Sequence record: NZ_CP044066.1
From: a plasmid
Direction: 5' to 3' (one strand)
DNA: 64,000 nucleotides
Shown here: positions 37,712 through 48,535 of the stretch, piece by piece
Layout of the letters: each line of letters starts with the position of its first letter
How positions within the stretch are numbered: position 1 is the stretch's first letter
Program-made: the position numbers and the translations under genes
Notes under the pieces: generated by a model
Told to the model about the DNA's origin: nothing
The model's database searches: none
Seen by the model: the letters and a program-made list of their open reading frames with translations, nothing else

Positions 37712-40705
37712 ATGACGCCATCCAGCACGGTGCATTCCAAAAGTATCTTTCCTCCCATTGTTGCAATCGGTGCCGCAGCTGGTGGGGTCGTTGCCTTGCA
37801 AAAAGTGTTCCGAAGGCTACCCAAAGGCATGCCGTTTGCAATCGTCGTGCTTCAGGACCTCACTGAAGGATACTCACAACGCCTGGCGGGCTTAATATCG
37901 AGTTGGACGAATCTCCCCGTACATGAAGCCGACACCCATTTAGTGCCGAAGATCGGCGAGGTGTATTTACCTTCCCCCGGCCGTGTGCTTACCATCGACG
38001 CACGTTCGCTACGCGCGAGCAAGATCGAAGGTGATCGCCTTGTTAGCGCTAGCGTGAACATGATCGACCGCTTTCTGGAAGGCCTTGCGCAACATCATGG
38101 AAGCCGGGCAGTCGCGGTCATTTTGTCGGGAAAAGGAATGGACGGCGCGGCCGGTGCCTTGTGCATTCGTAATGCCGGCGGGATTGTGATCGTACAGGAT
38201 CCACTGACAGCGTTGCACGATAGCATGCCTAACGCGGTGATACGGCGCGGCCTTCATGATCACATACTGCCACCCGGCGCGATCGGCTCACAAATCCTAG
38301 CGTGTGGCTCCAATAGCTATTCCCGCCCGCGGAATGCTGAAGGGACGGAGCAGATGGACAACAGGGTGTTGGCTCGCATCCTTCTACTAGTCCGCGTGCA
38401 TTCTGGTATCGATTTCACGGGATACAAGACGGCCCCGCTGCTCTGGCGCGTCAAGCAGCGCATGGATCGGCGACATGTGCGAGAGATTGCGGACTACGCA
38501 AGCCTGATCTCGGAAGACCCGGTGGAACTGGAGTCCCTTATCCGCGATATTCCATTACACGTGACCGAATTCTTTCGCGATCCGGGGGCATGGGCAGCAC
38601 TCAAGGAGGAGGTTCTCCTCCCTCTTATGCGGACAGCGGACGCACATAATCCGGTGCGTACATGGACGGCCGGTTGCGCTAGCGGCGAGGAGGCATACTC
38701 GCTTGCGATGACGCTTGAGGATATCAAGCAGGAGATCGATTCTTCTGCGTGTTATCAGAGTTTCGTCACGGATGCTTCTCCCGAGATCGTGCATCGCGCT
38801 CGCTGCGGCGTGTTTGCTCCATCCGACATGGCGACCGTGTCGCAGCGACAACGGACGGAGTATTTCTTTAGTGCAGACAAGATGTTCACTGTCAGAGGTT
38901 TTTTGCGCGAGCAGATGGTTTTCTCCTCTCAGAATCTCATCTCTGACCCTCCATTCGCGAACATGGATCTTGTCACTTGCCGAAACCTACTGATATACCT
39001 AGAGCCCTCCACTGCGAGGCAGATAATCTATATTTTGCACAGTGCGCTGCGCGAAGGGGGCTATCTGTTTCTCGGCGGCAGCGAATCTTATGACCTGGAG
39101 CAAAGCGGCTTTTCAAAAGTGTCCGGGAGGTTCAACATCTTCCGGAAAACCGGGATCGTTCTGGCGCGAGCCAACGCGGAGCATGCGGCCAGTCAACAAC
39201 GTCGCAATATATCAACTTTGAATGCTGGCTTACTTCGTCAGGCCAACGAGGATTTTGTCTTTCCCTCAGTGCTTGTTGACGATCACGGGCGGCTGCTACG
39301 TGTGTATGGGGCCGCCGGTGACATCCTTCGAATACCCGCCGGAGAACCCACAAATACTCTATTGTCGCTACTACCATGGCAATGGGTGGACCCTCTGCGT
39401 CGCGCCATGTGTGAGGCGTTAGCACAAGATCAGCAGCGGATCGTACGGGATCTATATGATCGGGTGGATTTGCGCATCAGAGTGATACCCATACGTGTCA
39501 GCGCCGAGAATCCTCCCAGTCGTATGCTTCTCTCGTTCATGAGCGAGGAGAGCGGTCAATTTACCCTGGTTCCGAGTGTCCCCCTTTCGGAAAGCGTTGA
39601 CCAGCACCGTAGCGGGGTTCGCCGCTGCGCGGGACCGCCTGAGAAAATCCAATCGTCGTCTCATCAGGAATACGACGCTTTACGCGAGAGGCTGCTGGCA
39701 GTCAATGAGGAATTGCTCGCTTCCAATATTTTACTGAACACGAGCAACGATAATCTTCACGGCGCCAACGCCGAACTCCACGAGAAGATTGCGCAGCTGG
39801 AGATTCGTGCGGAAGTACTTTCATCCGGGGAGGTCATGACTATCTTCCTTGACAAGGACCGGAGGGTTCGCTGGTTCACCCCTGCCACCACGAGACTATT
39901 TCCGTTAAAACCGGAGGACGTGGGGCGAGACATCCATGACCTCGTTCCGCGGTTTCGCGATCCGTCGTTCTTGTCCGACATCCAAGAGGTCTTGCGTTCC
40001 TCCGAAATCAAGGATGCCATAGTGCACGGGGACGACGACAGATGGTATCGGCGGCGATTGGTCCCACACGAGGCAGCGATCGGAACCATAGATGGTGTAG
40101 CGGTAACCTTCGAGGACTTCACGACGCGTCGGCACGTCGAAAATGCGCTATGGGCGAGCGAAGATATGCATCGACACAGTCAGATGTGCCTGTCTTCGCA
40201 GAAAGCGGCACTGCAGTTGGCGATGAATGGGGCCCCACTGACAGAGTCGCTTGAGATCCTGCGACATACGATGACCGGAGAGTCAGGCGATAGACGATCC
40301 GCAGCGTTCTATGTAATGCGAGAGTCGAGGCTGCATCACTTGAAGGGAATGCCAGATGCATACGCTCGGTATCTGAATGGCGCTGATGAGACGCTGGAGT
40401 CGGCCTCCTGCAAGTTCGCCCTGGCGACGAACCAAACCGTCACCACATGCGACATCCTTCGCGATGAGCGTTGGAAACCGTGGGCTTTGGTTAGTTCCAG
40501 CTTCGGATATCGCGGTTGTTGGTCGTTTCCCATCCGAACCGGGAGCAGCCAGCTTGTTGGCGCTTTGGTTGTGTACTTCGGTGTCGCTCAAACTCCGGAG
40601 CCTGTTGACCTCCAATTGGCCGCCGCTATGATACACACCGCTGCGATTATCATTTCGCGAAAGGTTGGCGTCGATGTATTCGTAGCGAATGGCTCTCACG
40701 TATAA
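37712..40705 (+). CDS. CheB/CheR fusion sensor protein with coiled coil, PAS and a C-terminal GAF-like domain. No kinase domain.
   Basis: 997 aa. N-terminus IVAIGAAAGGVVALQKVF (CheB). CheR motif (VRTWTAGCASGEEAYSLAMTL). Coiled coil (LLAVNEELLASN…). PAS. The C-terminal about 170 aa are GAF-like. Divergently transcribed from the 32544-36647 paralogue. Confidence 0.75.
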   Translation: MTPSSTVHSKSIFPPIVAIGAAAGGVVALQKVFRRLPKGMPFAIVVLQDLTEGYSQRLAGLISSWTNLPVHEADTHLVPKIGEVYLPSPGRVLTIDARSLRASKIEGDRLVSASVNMIDRFLEGLAQHHGSRAVAVILSGKGMDGAAGALCIRNAGGIVIVQDPLTALHDSMPNAVIRRGLHDHILPPGAIGSQILACGSNSYSRPRNAEGTEQMDNRVLARILLLVRVHSGIDFTGYKTAPLLWRVKQRMDRRHVREIADYASLISEDPVELESLIRDIPLHVTEFFRDPGAWAALKEEVLLPLMRTADAHNPVRTWTAGCASGEEAYSLAMTLEDIKQEIDSSACYQSFVTDASPEIVHRARCGVFAPSDMATVSQRQRTEYFFSADKMFTVRGFLREQMVFSSQNLISDPPFANMDLVTCRNLLIYLEPSTARQIIYILHSALREGGYLFLGGSESYDLEQSGFSKVSGRFNIFRKTGIVLARANAEHAASQQRRNISTLNAGLLRQANEDFVFPSVLVDDHGRLLRVYGAAGDILRIPAGEPTNTLLSLLPWQWVDPLRRAMCEALAQDQQRIVRDLYDRVDLRIRVIPIRVSAENPPSRMLLSFMSEESGQFTLVPSVPLSESVDQHRSGVRRCAGPPEKIQSSSHQEYDALRERLLAVNEELLASNILLNTSNDNLHGANAELHEKIAQLEIRAEVLSSGEVMTIFLDKDRRVRWFTPATTRLFPLKPEDVGRDIHDLVPRFRDPSFLSDIQEVLRSSEIKDAIVHGDDDRWYRRRLVPHEAAIGTIDGVAVTFEDFTTRRHVENALWASEDMHRHSQMCLSSQKAALQLAMNGAPLTESLEILRHTMTGESGDRRSAAFYVMRESRLHHLKGMPDAYARYLNGADETLESASCKFALATNQTVTTCDILRDERWKPWALVSSSFGYRGCWSFPIRTGSSQLVGALVVYFGVAQTPEPVDLQLAAAMIHTAAIIISRKVGVDVFVANGSHV

Positions 40706-41143
40706 GCTTACGCTCGTCCTATGTTTGGGTCGTCCTCTCGAGATATTGGTTAAGGCAACCGGGGTTCCTATCGGCCACCATTCGTATGAGGCCACCGAGT
40801 TGCTCAATGACACTCAATCGCGTTGGCAAGCGACGCGCAGCGTGCGCGCCTCTGCCGCATCTCCGCAAACAGGGATCCGATGGTCGCCACTGCGTTGCAC
40901 ACACCTGATACCACAATCCACGCAATCGACGTATCTTCTCGCCAACTGACGAGCAAAGAAGAACTGCCCTACCTGAATGAGCAACCTACTTCTTTCTCGT
41001 TGCCGGCGGAAGCCGTTGGCCGGTTGCGCAGCTGCTGCGGGGAGATAATTCTGTCGTCACCCGAGTTCCGGCGGCTTTGGAGGGTGTGGGCGACAAACTC
41101 ATAATGAACTCCGCACGGGCAGAAAAGTAACGGTTCCGTTGGG

Positions 41144-41812
41144 TCAACGGCTAGAAACCAAGCTCCCTGCTTCTTGCTTGATGCACAGACCCAGCCGATC
41201 GGCGAGACGCACCAGCTCGGGCAAAGAGTCGAGCTCGAGCTTTTGCATCACACGTGCACGATGGACCTTAATCGTCTTCTCCACCGTACCAAGCTCGCTA
41301 GCCACCTGTTTGTTACGGATGCCGGTCACTACCCATGTCAGTACCTCGAACTCTCGAGGTGTCAGCCTCTGAATCTTCATTTGCAGCTCCTGCAATTCCC
41401 GTTGTTCTTCGAAGTGTTCTGCGGCCTGGGCGCAACCCTTCTTCACTGCAGCAAGTAGTTGCGTCTCTGACACCGGTTTTTCGAGGAACGCTATGGCACC
41501 CGCTTGCATTGCTCGGACCGCCTGTGCAACGTCGGCATATCCGCTCAGAAAGATTACGGGAATCTTGCCTTCAAGACTCTGCTGGAGTACGAGTCCGTCT
41601 GTACCCGGCATCAGCAGGTCCAGCACCAAGCATGAGGGCTCGGGTCCAAGCTTCACTTCATCAAGGAAAGACTGTGCCGATGAGAACATACTTACCAGAT
41701 AACCATGAGCGGCGAGCATGCGGCTTAGCGCTCGCCTCACGCTGCCATCATCATCGACGATATAAACGGTTGCTTTTGCAAACATACGTTGTCTCCAGGG
41801 AAGATTTGCAAA
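41144..41812 (-). CDS. FixJ/NarL (LuxR-family) response regulator.
   Basis: Start at MFAKATVYIVDDD…. REC domain (…VLDLLMPGTDG…). C-terminal LuxR HTH (LTPREFEVLTWVVTGIRNKQVASELGTVEKTIKVHR). Confidence 0.8.
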   Translation of the reverse strand, partial: FANLPWRQRMFAKATVYIVDDDGSVRRALSRMLAAHGYLVSMFSSAQSFLDEVKLGPEPSCLVLDLLMPGTDGLVLQQSLEGKIPVIFLSGYADVAQAVRAMQAGAIAFLEKPVSETQLLAAVKKGCAQAAEHFEEQRELQELQMKIQRLTPREFEVLTWVVTGIRNKQVASELGTVEKTIKVHRARVMQKLELDSLPELVRLADRLGLCIKQEAGSLVSSR

Positions 41813-41832
41813 ATGGGAGCCTGCGCCGTGTC

Positions 41833-42672
41833 CTAAGAGCCCATGACGACGTGAGTTCTCTCTTGCAGTAGTTCGAATTCGAATGTCATGCCCCGTCCGC
41901 TGTTGCAGTTGGCCTTGAGACGCCCGCCATTTCGCTCCATAAGTGCCCGACTGAGCGATAACCCCAAGCCCATACCCCTGGGCTTCGAGAAGTAGAAGGG
42001 TCGAAAAATCCTCGAGAGATCGTCTTTGGCTACACCGCACCCGTTGTCTTGAACGGCAATGCACAACGTGCCATCGCCCGCTTTGACCCGTATGACTATG
42101 GAGCGATCGTCGGTCGAGCATCCATTGGTCACAGCATCAAGCGCGTTGGCCAGCAAGTTCAGGAGCACCAAGCGAATTTCCACCGGGTCTCCCATCGCGC
42201 GCGGTAGTGGCTCTGCAAGATCGCGCTGAATCACGACGCAGCGCGATCTCGCATTCGCGCCCGCAAGTTCCACCGCTTGATCAGTCATATCGCCTACGCT
42301 GAATGGCCGCATGTGCGGCGCTTCCCCAAGGACGAGCGCCCGAACGGCGCGCACGATATCGCTTGCCCGCGACGCGTCGTCTACGATATCGTCCAGAATC
42401 TCACGTAGCAACTTCTGTTCGAGCATGTTCGACGCCAGCAACTCGCGCGCGGCGTGCGCGTTGCTCGTTATAGCCGTGAGCGGCTGGCTCAGTTCATGAG
42501 CCAGCGCACCCGCCAGTGTGGTCAGTCCAGTCCGTTGCGACGCATCTTCCGGCAGGCCTTCTGATTCCCGCGGGATCCGCGCTTGTTCGCCGCTACTTCG
42601 AAATGCCAGGGAGCAAGCACGGATGCCAATACCGACGCTTATGCATAGCATCGATACTGCTAAGGGATGCAT
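41833..42672 (-). CDS. Sensor histidine kinase (HisKA + HATPase_c) paired with the FixJ-type regulator.
   Basis: 279 aa. N-terminal hydrophobic segment. H-box (LAHELSQPLTAI). N/G boxes (LLNLLANALDA…DNGCGV…GMGLGLSLS). Lies 20 bp upstream of the regulator gene. Confidence 0.75.
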   Translation of the reverse strand: MHPLAVSMLCISVGIGIRACSLAFRSSGEQARIPRESEGLPEDASQRTGLTTLAGALAHELSQPLTAITSNAHAARELLASNMLEQKLLREILDDIVDDASRASDIVRAVRALVLGEAPHMRPFSVGDMTDQAVELAGANARSRCVVIQRDLAEPLPRAMGDPVEIRLVLLNLLANALDAVTNGCSTDDRSIVIRVKAGDGTLCIAVQDNGCGVAKDDLSRIFRPFYFSKPRGMGLGLSLSRALMERNGGRLKANCNSGRGMTFEFELLQERTHVVMGS

Positions 42673-42685
42673 GACCGCGCTCCTC

Positions 42686-43120
42686 TCAAATCCCTAGCTT
42701 GCTGATCTTTGTGCCTTCCAGGGACAGGTTTGCCATGAGACCAGCATTGGTGAGGACGAAAGCTATGACCGGTGCGCGCGCGGTATTAGTATTCAACCGA
42801 CCATTTGCGCCGACGCCTATCACTGCAACGGAACCGTCGACACCGGCAGTCCATCCTTTGCTTTGCTGAAAGCTTCGAAGCGAATCCTCTGTCATGAACA
42901 TCAGGATAAGCGCCTTCGATTGAGCGCCCGCAAGCAAACCGAAAGACGCCGTCGTGGTGCGGTAGTACACGCGGGAAGTATTGCCAACGCGCAGCGCGCC
43001 CTCACCATGCTCGGCGCCGACAATGAAGCCTGCCGCGAGTACACGTGGGAAGACCAGCGCACGGTGCGCATCGCTTGCAAGCGAGCTTGACGCCCCCGCA
43101 GTACTGTAGAGGCGAATCAA
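42686..43120 (-). pseudogene. SYLF (DUF500/Ysc84-like) lipid-binding domain gene, 5'-truncated.
   Basis: SYLF core (…LAAGFIVGAEHGEGAL…AGVDGSVAVIGVG…). Only a TTG start is available. The in-frame upstream extension has no ATG/GTG and hits a stop after 26 codons. No signal peptide. The truncation point coincides with the AT-rich block at 43200. Confidence 0.5.
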
Positions 43121-43229
43121 GGTACCATCGACGCCTGCATCGATCTCGCGTCTTTTAGCGGCCGCATCCGCGGGGGTCGCTGTGTGAACTCATGGGATCC
43201 ACCGTGATAGCCGGCGCCTCGTCGCGTTC

Positions 43230-43560
43230 AAGCTAGGGATTTTAAAAATCCCAGCCCTGTTGATTTGGCAGTGGAAACTAACTGAGTTTTTATAAAATAG
43301 GTCGACATTGAAATTATCGCAACACCTATTTGCGAATATTTTTTAAAAATAGCAAAGGATTTTTTCGCGGCGGCCTGAAAGTATCTTTATGAAAGCGATG
43401 ATGGATTTTTATGTTGGTAATGAAATTATTTTCTTGCCATAAATTATCCAAAAAAATATAATTGCGTAGGTCAGTAATAGAAGCTAGAGACTCTGCAAGG
43501 TCAGTGTTTTATGAGTCACTGTATTTGTCCATTGCTTACTGATCGGCAGTCTTTGGACGA
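43230..43560. promoter_or_regulatory. About 330-bp strongly AT-rich block with perfect palindromes, embedded in GC-rich sequence.
   Basis: Contains gggatttttaaaaatccc (43236-43253), a second 'tattttttaaaaatag', and many A/T runs. Lies directly upstream of the truncated SYLF gene. Confidence 0.5.
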
Positions 43561-44352
43561 GTGCGTAAAGATTTGAAGCAAGCTGCGAAGCTTGGGTTTC
43601 CACGATTCAAGGCCGAGGTCTACCCAGTCTGTCTTTGGAGTCGTTGGCCGCCCTTGACCAGCTACCGCAGCAATGCACGAACACGCTCTCCGGAAGGCGA
43701 GTGGCGCACAATGTCATTGTCATGCAAGCGTCTTGGGAGATCGGTGCAGTGCGCATCACGCCGTCTCGGGCGTGGCTGTCACCACGGTCCCATCACGCCG
43801 TATGCGCTCGAAGAAAAGACGCCGTGAGCCCGAGGCAAGTACGTTCCCGGCTATCGCCCACTACTGCGGTGGCGCCAGCCGAATGTGTTGGTTGAGTTGT
43901 GCCGCCCCACGATTGCCCTCTCCGCAGACCCTTCCAACAATGTGTAAGGAAGACACAATCAGGGGGGATCATATAGTTGCTAGCTTGCCGTGTGGCAGAC
44001 ATCTTGCGTTTGTGGGGTTAAACGTGACGTGCTTTCGCCCTTTCGCCTCCCCGCCGGCGATTGTTTGCGGCGTCAATCCTCGGAGAAGCTAATGCAAGGG
44101 GCCGTCTACATACCCCCGCAGCCGGGCCTTCCCTACCTCGCCGTCGTGCTCAGTGCCGATGGTGGTTCGATGATGTGTGCGGCGCCGGTCCCGTCGTTTC
44201 AAGAAGGAGAGAAATACGTGAAGAACATCATCATCAAGCTGAGCGAGTTAGGTAAAGGACTATTGGATCGTTGAGGCTGAGGTTGAGGTCGTCGCGCAAA
44301 ACGACTCACCTATGATGGTCAACCATGCATCGCATCGTCCAAATGCAGCGTT

Positions 44353-46920
44353 TCAGTCGCGAGTATTTGGGTTTCCGCTGGCGCAGGTGTTAGCCAAACG
44401 TGGGTAAGCCTCGGGCGATGTGGGTACGCCGCAGCCGAGTTCATGAAATAGCCCGGTTGGCCCGGCGGAGCCCATGCTGTGCGCCAACGCGAACGCATCG
44501 TCGGGATGTTGCGGCCGGCCGAGCAGATAACCCTGCCCCTCGTCGTATCCTTCTTCGCGCACTACCGCTAGTTGCTCGGGAGTTTCGATTCCTTCAGCAG
44601 TAGTGCGCACACGGAATGCAGCGCCGAGACTGCGCACAGCGTGAAGAATGGCGCGCGCCTCGGTGCTGGTCGCCAGGTCCGATACAAAGGATCGGTCAAG
44701 CTTGATCTTATCGAAAGGAAAGCTGCGCAAGTAGCTTAGCGAAGAATAACCGGTGCCAAAATCATCCATCGCAACGCGCGCGCCCAAGCCGCGCAGATCG
44801 CGGAGCAATTCAAGATTCTCTCGGTCATTTCGCAGCAACACAGATTCGGTAATTTCCAGTTCGAGCCTCGAGACGTCTACGCCCGCATGGTCCACGGCGC
44901 GGCGCACGGCGTCGACTAACTCGCGCCCTCTGAACTGAAGCGGCGAGAGATTAACACCAACACTAATCCCCGATGGCCAACGGGCCAGTTGTCGGCACGC
45001 TTCGCTTAGCACCCAATTTCCAATCGGAACAATCAGACCCGTCTCTTCCGCCAACGGGATGAAATCGGCGGGCGACACAAGGCCATCAGTCGGATGTCGC
45101 CATCGCAGCAGAGCCTCGAAGCTGCGTAGCTGGCCTGAGCGCAGATCATAGATCGGCTGATAGTGAAGCTCGAGTTGCCCAGCCGCAAGCGCGTGATGCA
45201 GGGCACGTTTGCGTTCGAGCCGCTGCTTGGTCCGATCGCCTTGATCGGCTGAGAAGAAACGGTAGATACCTGGCCCTTCTGCCTTGGCTTGATAAAGCGC
45301 CATGTCCGCAGCCTGCAGTAGCTCATCAGCATTGCGCCCATCATTGGGAAAAAGCGCTATTCCGATGCAACCACCCAGTCTCACTGGCGCCTTGTTCAGC
45401 TCGAACGGGCGTGAGAGCTGCTCGACCAAACGCCGCGCCAGGCCTTCCACTGCGTATCGGTCAACGACCTGCTCTTGGATTACAACAAACTCATCCCCCC
45501 CGATGCGAGCCACCGCGTCAGCATCGGCCACGCATTCGAGCAGCCGACTAGCTACCTGCTGGAGCACGACATCGCCGGCATAATGGCCAAACGCATCGTT
45601 GACGCCTTTGAAGCCGTCCAGATCAATGTACAGCAGCGCGGCGAGCGTATCCGTTCCTGCCGCAGTGATAGTCTGCTCAATGCGTTCGCGCCAAAGCAGA
45701 CGATTAGCGATACCGGTCAGGGGATCATGGCGCGCCGTGTGCGCGAGTGCTTCTTGGTTAGCAAGCAACTGGTGCTCAGCATTCTTACGCTGGGAGATAT
45801 CGCGAAAAAACACTGAGAGGCCGTCGGCAGTCGGATACACATGGACTTCATACCAGGCCTGAAGTATTTTCATGTGATGCTCAAACACGATCGGTCTCTG
45901 AGTAGTGACGGCAGTCCGATAATGTTCCGCGAAGACTCCATCTCGCTCTTCCGGGAAAATGTCCCACACCACGCGCCCGATGGCGGGGTTGCGCCCCGCC
46001 ATCGCGCGTAACGCATTGCCATTGAAGTAGGTCAGGCGTAAGGAGTGGTCGAGTTGCACCACGCTATCGGTCGTACTCTCGAGTACGGCCGACAAGCGGC
46101 TAGCAAGCGCCTCGATCGCCATGGTCGCCGACTTGCGCTCGTCGACGTCTTCGAGTGTGCCATACCAGCGGATGACGTTCCCACAGTCGTCAGTCCGAGC
46201 GGCTGCACGCGCGCGGTGCCAGCGGTAAGTGTCATCCCACAGCTTTACACGATATTCCAGATCCACCGCTTGCTGCGTGGCAACGGCCTCGGCCCACGCT
46301 TCGCGCACGCGTGGCAGATCGTCCGGATGCACGCAACGCGTCCACCCGTCACCCAATGCATCATCCACGGGCATGCCTGTGAGCTCGGTCCAGCGCGGAC
46401 CGGCCTCAGTAATCCATCCCGTGGGATCGGCGGTCCAGGGGATCTCTGGGCTCAATTCGACCGCAGATCGATAGTGCGCCTCGCTCTCCAAGAGTGCCTG
46501 CTCGATGCGGTGTTTATCAGTGATGTCAGTGATCCAGACAAGCAACAAAGGCTCGTCCGAACCTTGCACCCATATCGGGCGCTTGCGGGTACGGAGAACC
46601 CGAGCGTCGCAGCCCGGCATCTGAAATACTTCCGTCGTCTCTCGGTACTCGCCGCGATCGAATACTTGGTCGTGGATAGCCCGGTACTCCGCTGCCCGCT
46701 CTGCAGTAAAAAGCTCGTTGTCTGTACGTCCAATTAGCTCCTGAGCGGGTCGCTGCATGAGTTGACACATCGCCGGGTTCACGAACAACCAGACGCTGCG
46801 CCGGTTCTTCAGCAGCAGAGGCTCCGGAAATTGGCGCCATATTTCCTCGAGGGTCCCGGTTGGTAATGGTGGGCATTCGGGCCTCAGGTCTTCTTTCAGC
46901 TCTGGCAACGATCCCCCCAT
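44353..46920 (-). CDS. PAS/PAC-containing diguanylate cyclase/phosphodiesterase (GGDEF-EAL).
   Basis: 855 aa. Multiple PAS repeats. GGDEF active-site region (RIGGDEFVV). EAL domain (…FEALLRW…, DDFGTGYSSLSYL). Confidence 0.85.
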   Translation of the reverse strand: MGGSLPELKEDLRPECPPLPTGTLEEIWRQFPEPLLLKNRRSVWLFVNPAMCQLMQRPAQELIGRTDNELFTAERAAEYRAIHDQVFDRGEYRETTEVFQMPGCDARVLRTRKRPIWVQGSDEPLLLVWITDITDKHRIEQALLESEAHYRSAVELSPEIPWTADPTGWITEAGPRWTELTGMPVDDALGDGWTRCVHPDDLPRVREAWAEAVATQQAVDLEYRVKLWDDTYRWHRARAAARTDDCGNVIRWYGTLEDVDERKSATMAIEALASRLSAVLESTTDSVVQLDHSLRLTYFNGNALRAMAGRNPAIGRVVWDIFPEERDGVFAEHYRTAVTTQRPIVFEHHMKILQAWYEVHVYPTADGLSVFFRDISQRKNAEHQLLANQEALAHTARHDPLTGIANRLLWRERIEQTITAAGTDTLAALLYIDLDGFKGVNDAFGHYAGDVVLQQVASRLLECVADADAVARIGGDEFVVIQEQVVDRYAVEGLARRLVEQLSRPFELNKAPVRLGGCIGIALFPNDGRNADELLQAADMALYQAKAEGPGIYRFFSADQGDRTKQRLERKRALHHALAAGQLELHYQPIYDLRSGQLRSFEALLRWRHPTDGLVSPADFIPLAEETGLIVPIGNWVLSEACRQLARWPSGISVGVNLSPLQFRGRELVDAVRRAVDHAGVDVSRLELEITESVLLRNDRENLELLRDLRGLGARVAMDDFGTGYSSLSYLRSFPFDKIKLDRSFVSDLATSTEARAILHAVRSLGAAFRVRTTAEGIETPEQLAVVREEGYDEGQGYLLGRPQHPDDAFALAHSMGSAGPTGLFHELGCGVPTSPEAYPRLANTCASGNPNTRD

Positions 46921-47566
46921 GGAAACGCTTTATCGTCGTGTGTTGAAGTACAGGCACTATGCTGCGCGCAATGCTGGCAGATGGAACTGCAAGCCATTAT
47001 CGGCATTAACTCGCAAAAAATTTATGAAGGATTAGCCCTAGGGCACAGTATCAACACAACGGACGGACAATAAGGCCCTTTTTTAGAGGGATGCCAATTT
47101 AAGATCAGCGTGCTCCATGTTGGAGGTAAGTCGCTTCGGCTGTGTGCCGGCCCACGGAACTTCCTAGTCGCGCCACATGCGGCAGAGCTTGGCGTGCGGC
47201 GCGGGAGGCTCTCCAGGGGACGGCCCCCCTGAATACAGTTCGAGATGTTGCAAATTATCAGGACGCCACATGCTTCGAGGATGCAGCCTGCTTTATAGCG
47301 GGCTCCCGCCAAGCCGAAGCCGTCGAGCCTCACTTACCGTTCGGGCGTGACGCTTGTTCAACAGCGTGGGGACAAACTCGATGCGATTTCAAAGCCCGAT
47401 TCACCTCAGGCCGCGCGCTCTTACCCGGTTCTCGAATCGTCGCGCGTTTGATCGCGAGCCTAACGACTCTGCGAGTCATGGATACGTTGGTGTGCTTGGC
47501 GCTGGCCTTTAGGCACCAGCGCATAGCAGCGATCAAAAAAATCCCCGAGTCGCGAGCCGAGCGCAG

Positions 47567-48535
47567 CTACTGCCGCGGGCGCCTCTCCCTCGCCTCCGTT
47601 TCGCATTCACGGGCAGGCCTGCGGGGCACCAGCACGTCGTTGTTCTTGATCGTTGGCTTGGGCAGCCCCTTGCGCGACCCGTATCGATTCGCGTAGAGCC
47701 ACGTGAACTCTGCCCCAAGCAAGAAGATCTGAGCAGAGTAGTAGACCCAAATAAGTACGACTACGAGTGAGCCTGCAGCACCGTAGCCTGATGCGACGCC
47801 AGCCTTCCCAATGTATAAGCCGATCAGGAGCTTCCCGAATTTGAACAGCGCCGAGGTGACCAGCGCGCCAAGCCAGACGTCTGGCCATCGTACGTTGGCA
47901 TGCGGAATGGTTTTGTAGATCAATGCAAAGGCGACTGTCACCAAGCTGAAGCTGAGTAACGTGTCAGCGCCGTGCGCAAGGGCTTCAATCTCGGACAGCG
48001 GCAGCCAAGCTCGCCCTAGCGCGGAGAGCGCGGCGCTGGCCACCAGCGACACAATCAGCAGAAAGCCGATACCAAGGACCATCCCGAATGAGAGCACGCG
48101 GGTACGGAAAAACTCCACGATGCCGGATGCCTTCTTGCGTTCTGGCGCGCGCCAAATGCGATCGAGCGCATCCTGCAGCTCTGCAAATACGGTTGTCGCC
48201 CCGATGAATAGTGCCGCCACGCCGATGACTGCCGTCACCCGAGTCGCACCAGGACGATTCACGGATACCAGCATCGCCTCAATGGCCGCCGCTCCCTCAG
48301 GCCCAACAAGGCCTCCGATTCGATGCACGACAGCACCACGAGCGGCTTCCGCGCCGAATGCCACCCCTGCCACCGTGATGACGATCAGTAGCAGCGGTGC
48401 GACGGAGAAAACAGTGTAGTACGCAAGCGTGGCGCCCATGCTGGGTGCGTAATCATCGAGCCAAGCGGAAACAGTATCCCTCAGCAGGAGGAAGATGCTG
48501 CGAGACGGCGAACATCGGTCAGCTTTTTTTTGCAT
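47567..48535 (-). CDS. YihY/BrkB-family inner-membrane protein.
   Basis: 322 aa, polytopic. N-terminal LAYYTVFSVAPLLLIV… is characteristic of the YihY (ribonuclease BN-like) family. Confidence 0.7.
   Translation of the reverse strand: MQKKADRCSPSRSIFLLLRDTVSAWLDDYAPSMGATLAYYTVFSVAPLLLIVITVAGVAFGAEAARGAVVHRIGGLVGPEGAAAIEAMLVSVNRPGATRVTAVIGVAALFIGATTVFAELQDALDRIWRAPERKKASGIVEFFRTRVLSFGMVLGIGFLLIVSLVASAALSALGRAWLPLSEIEALAHGADTLLSFSLVTVAFALIYKTIPHANVRWPDVWLGALVTSALFKFGKLLIGLYIGKAGVASGYGAAGSLVVVLIWVYYSAQIFLLGAEFTWLYANRYGSRKGLPKPTIKNNDVLVPRRPARECETEARERRPRQ

Noticed and set aside
43140-43195. Cluster of restriction sites (NotI GCGGCCGC, SacII CCGCGG, BamHI GGATCC) suggestive of a cloning-vector polylinker.
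   Set aside because: These 6–8-mers are expected by chance in 65%-GC DNA. No vector backbone sequence nearby. The region encodes the SYLF N-terminal extension in frame.
47142-47696. 184-aa plus-strand ORF between GGDEF-EAL and yihY.
   Set aside because: No similarity to anything recognisable. Arg/Ala-rich. It overlaps the yihY 3' end in antisense. Probably non-coding.
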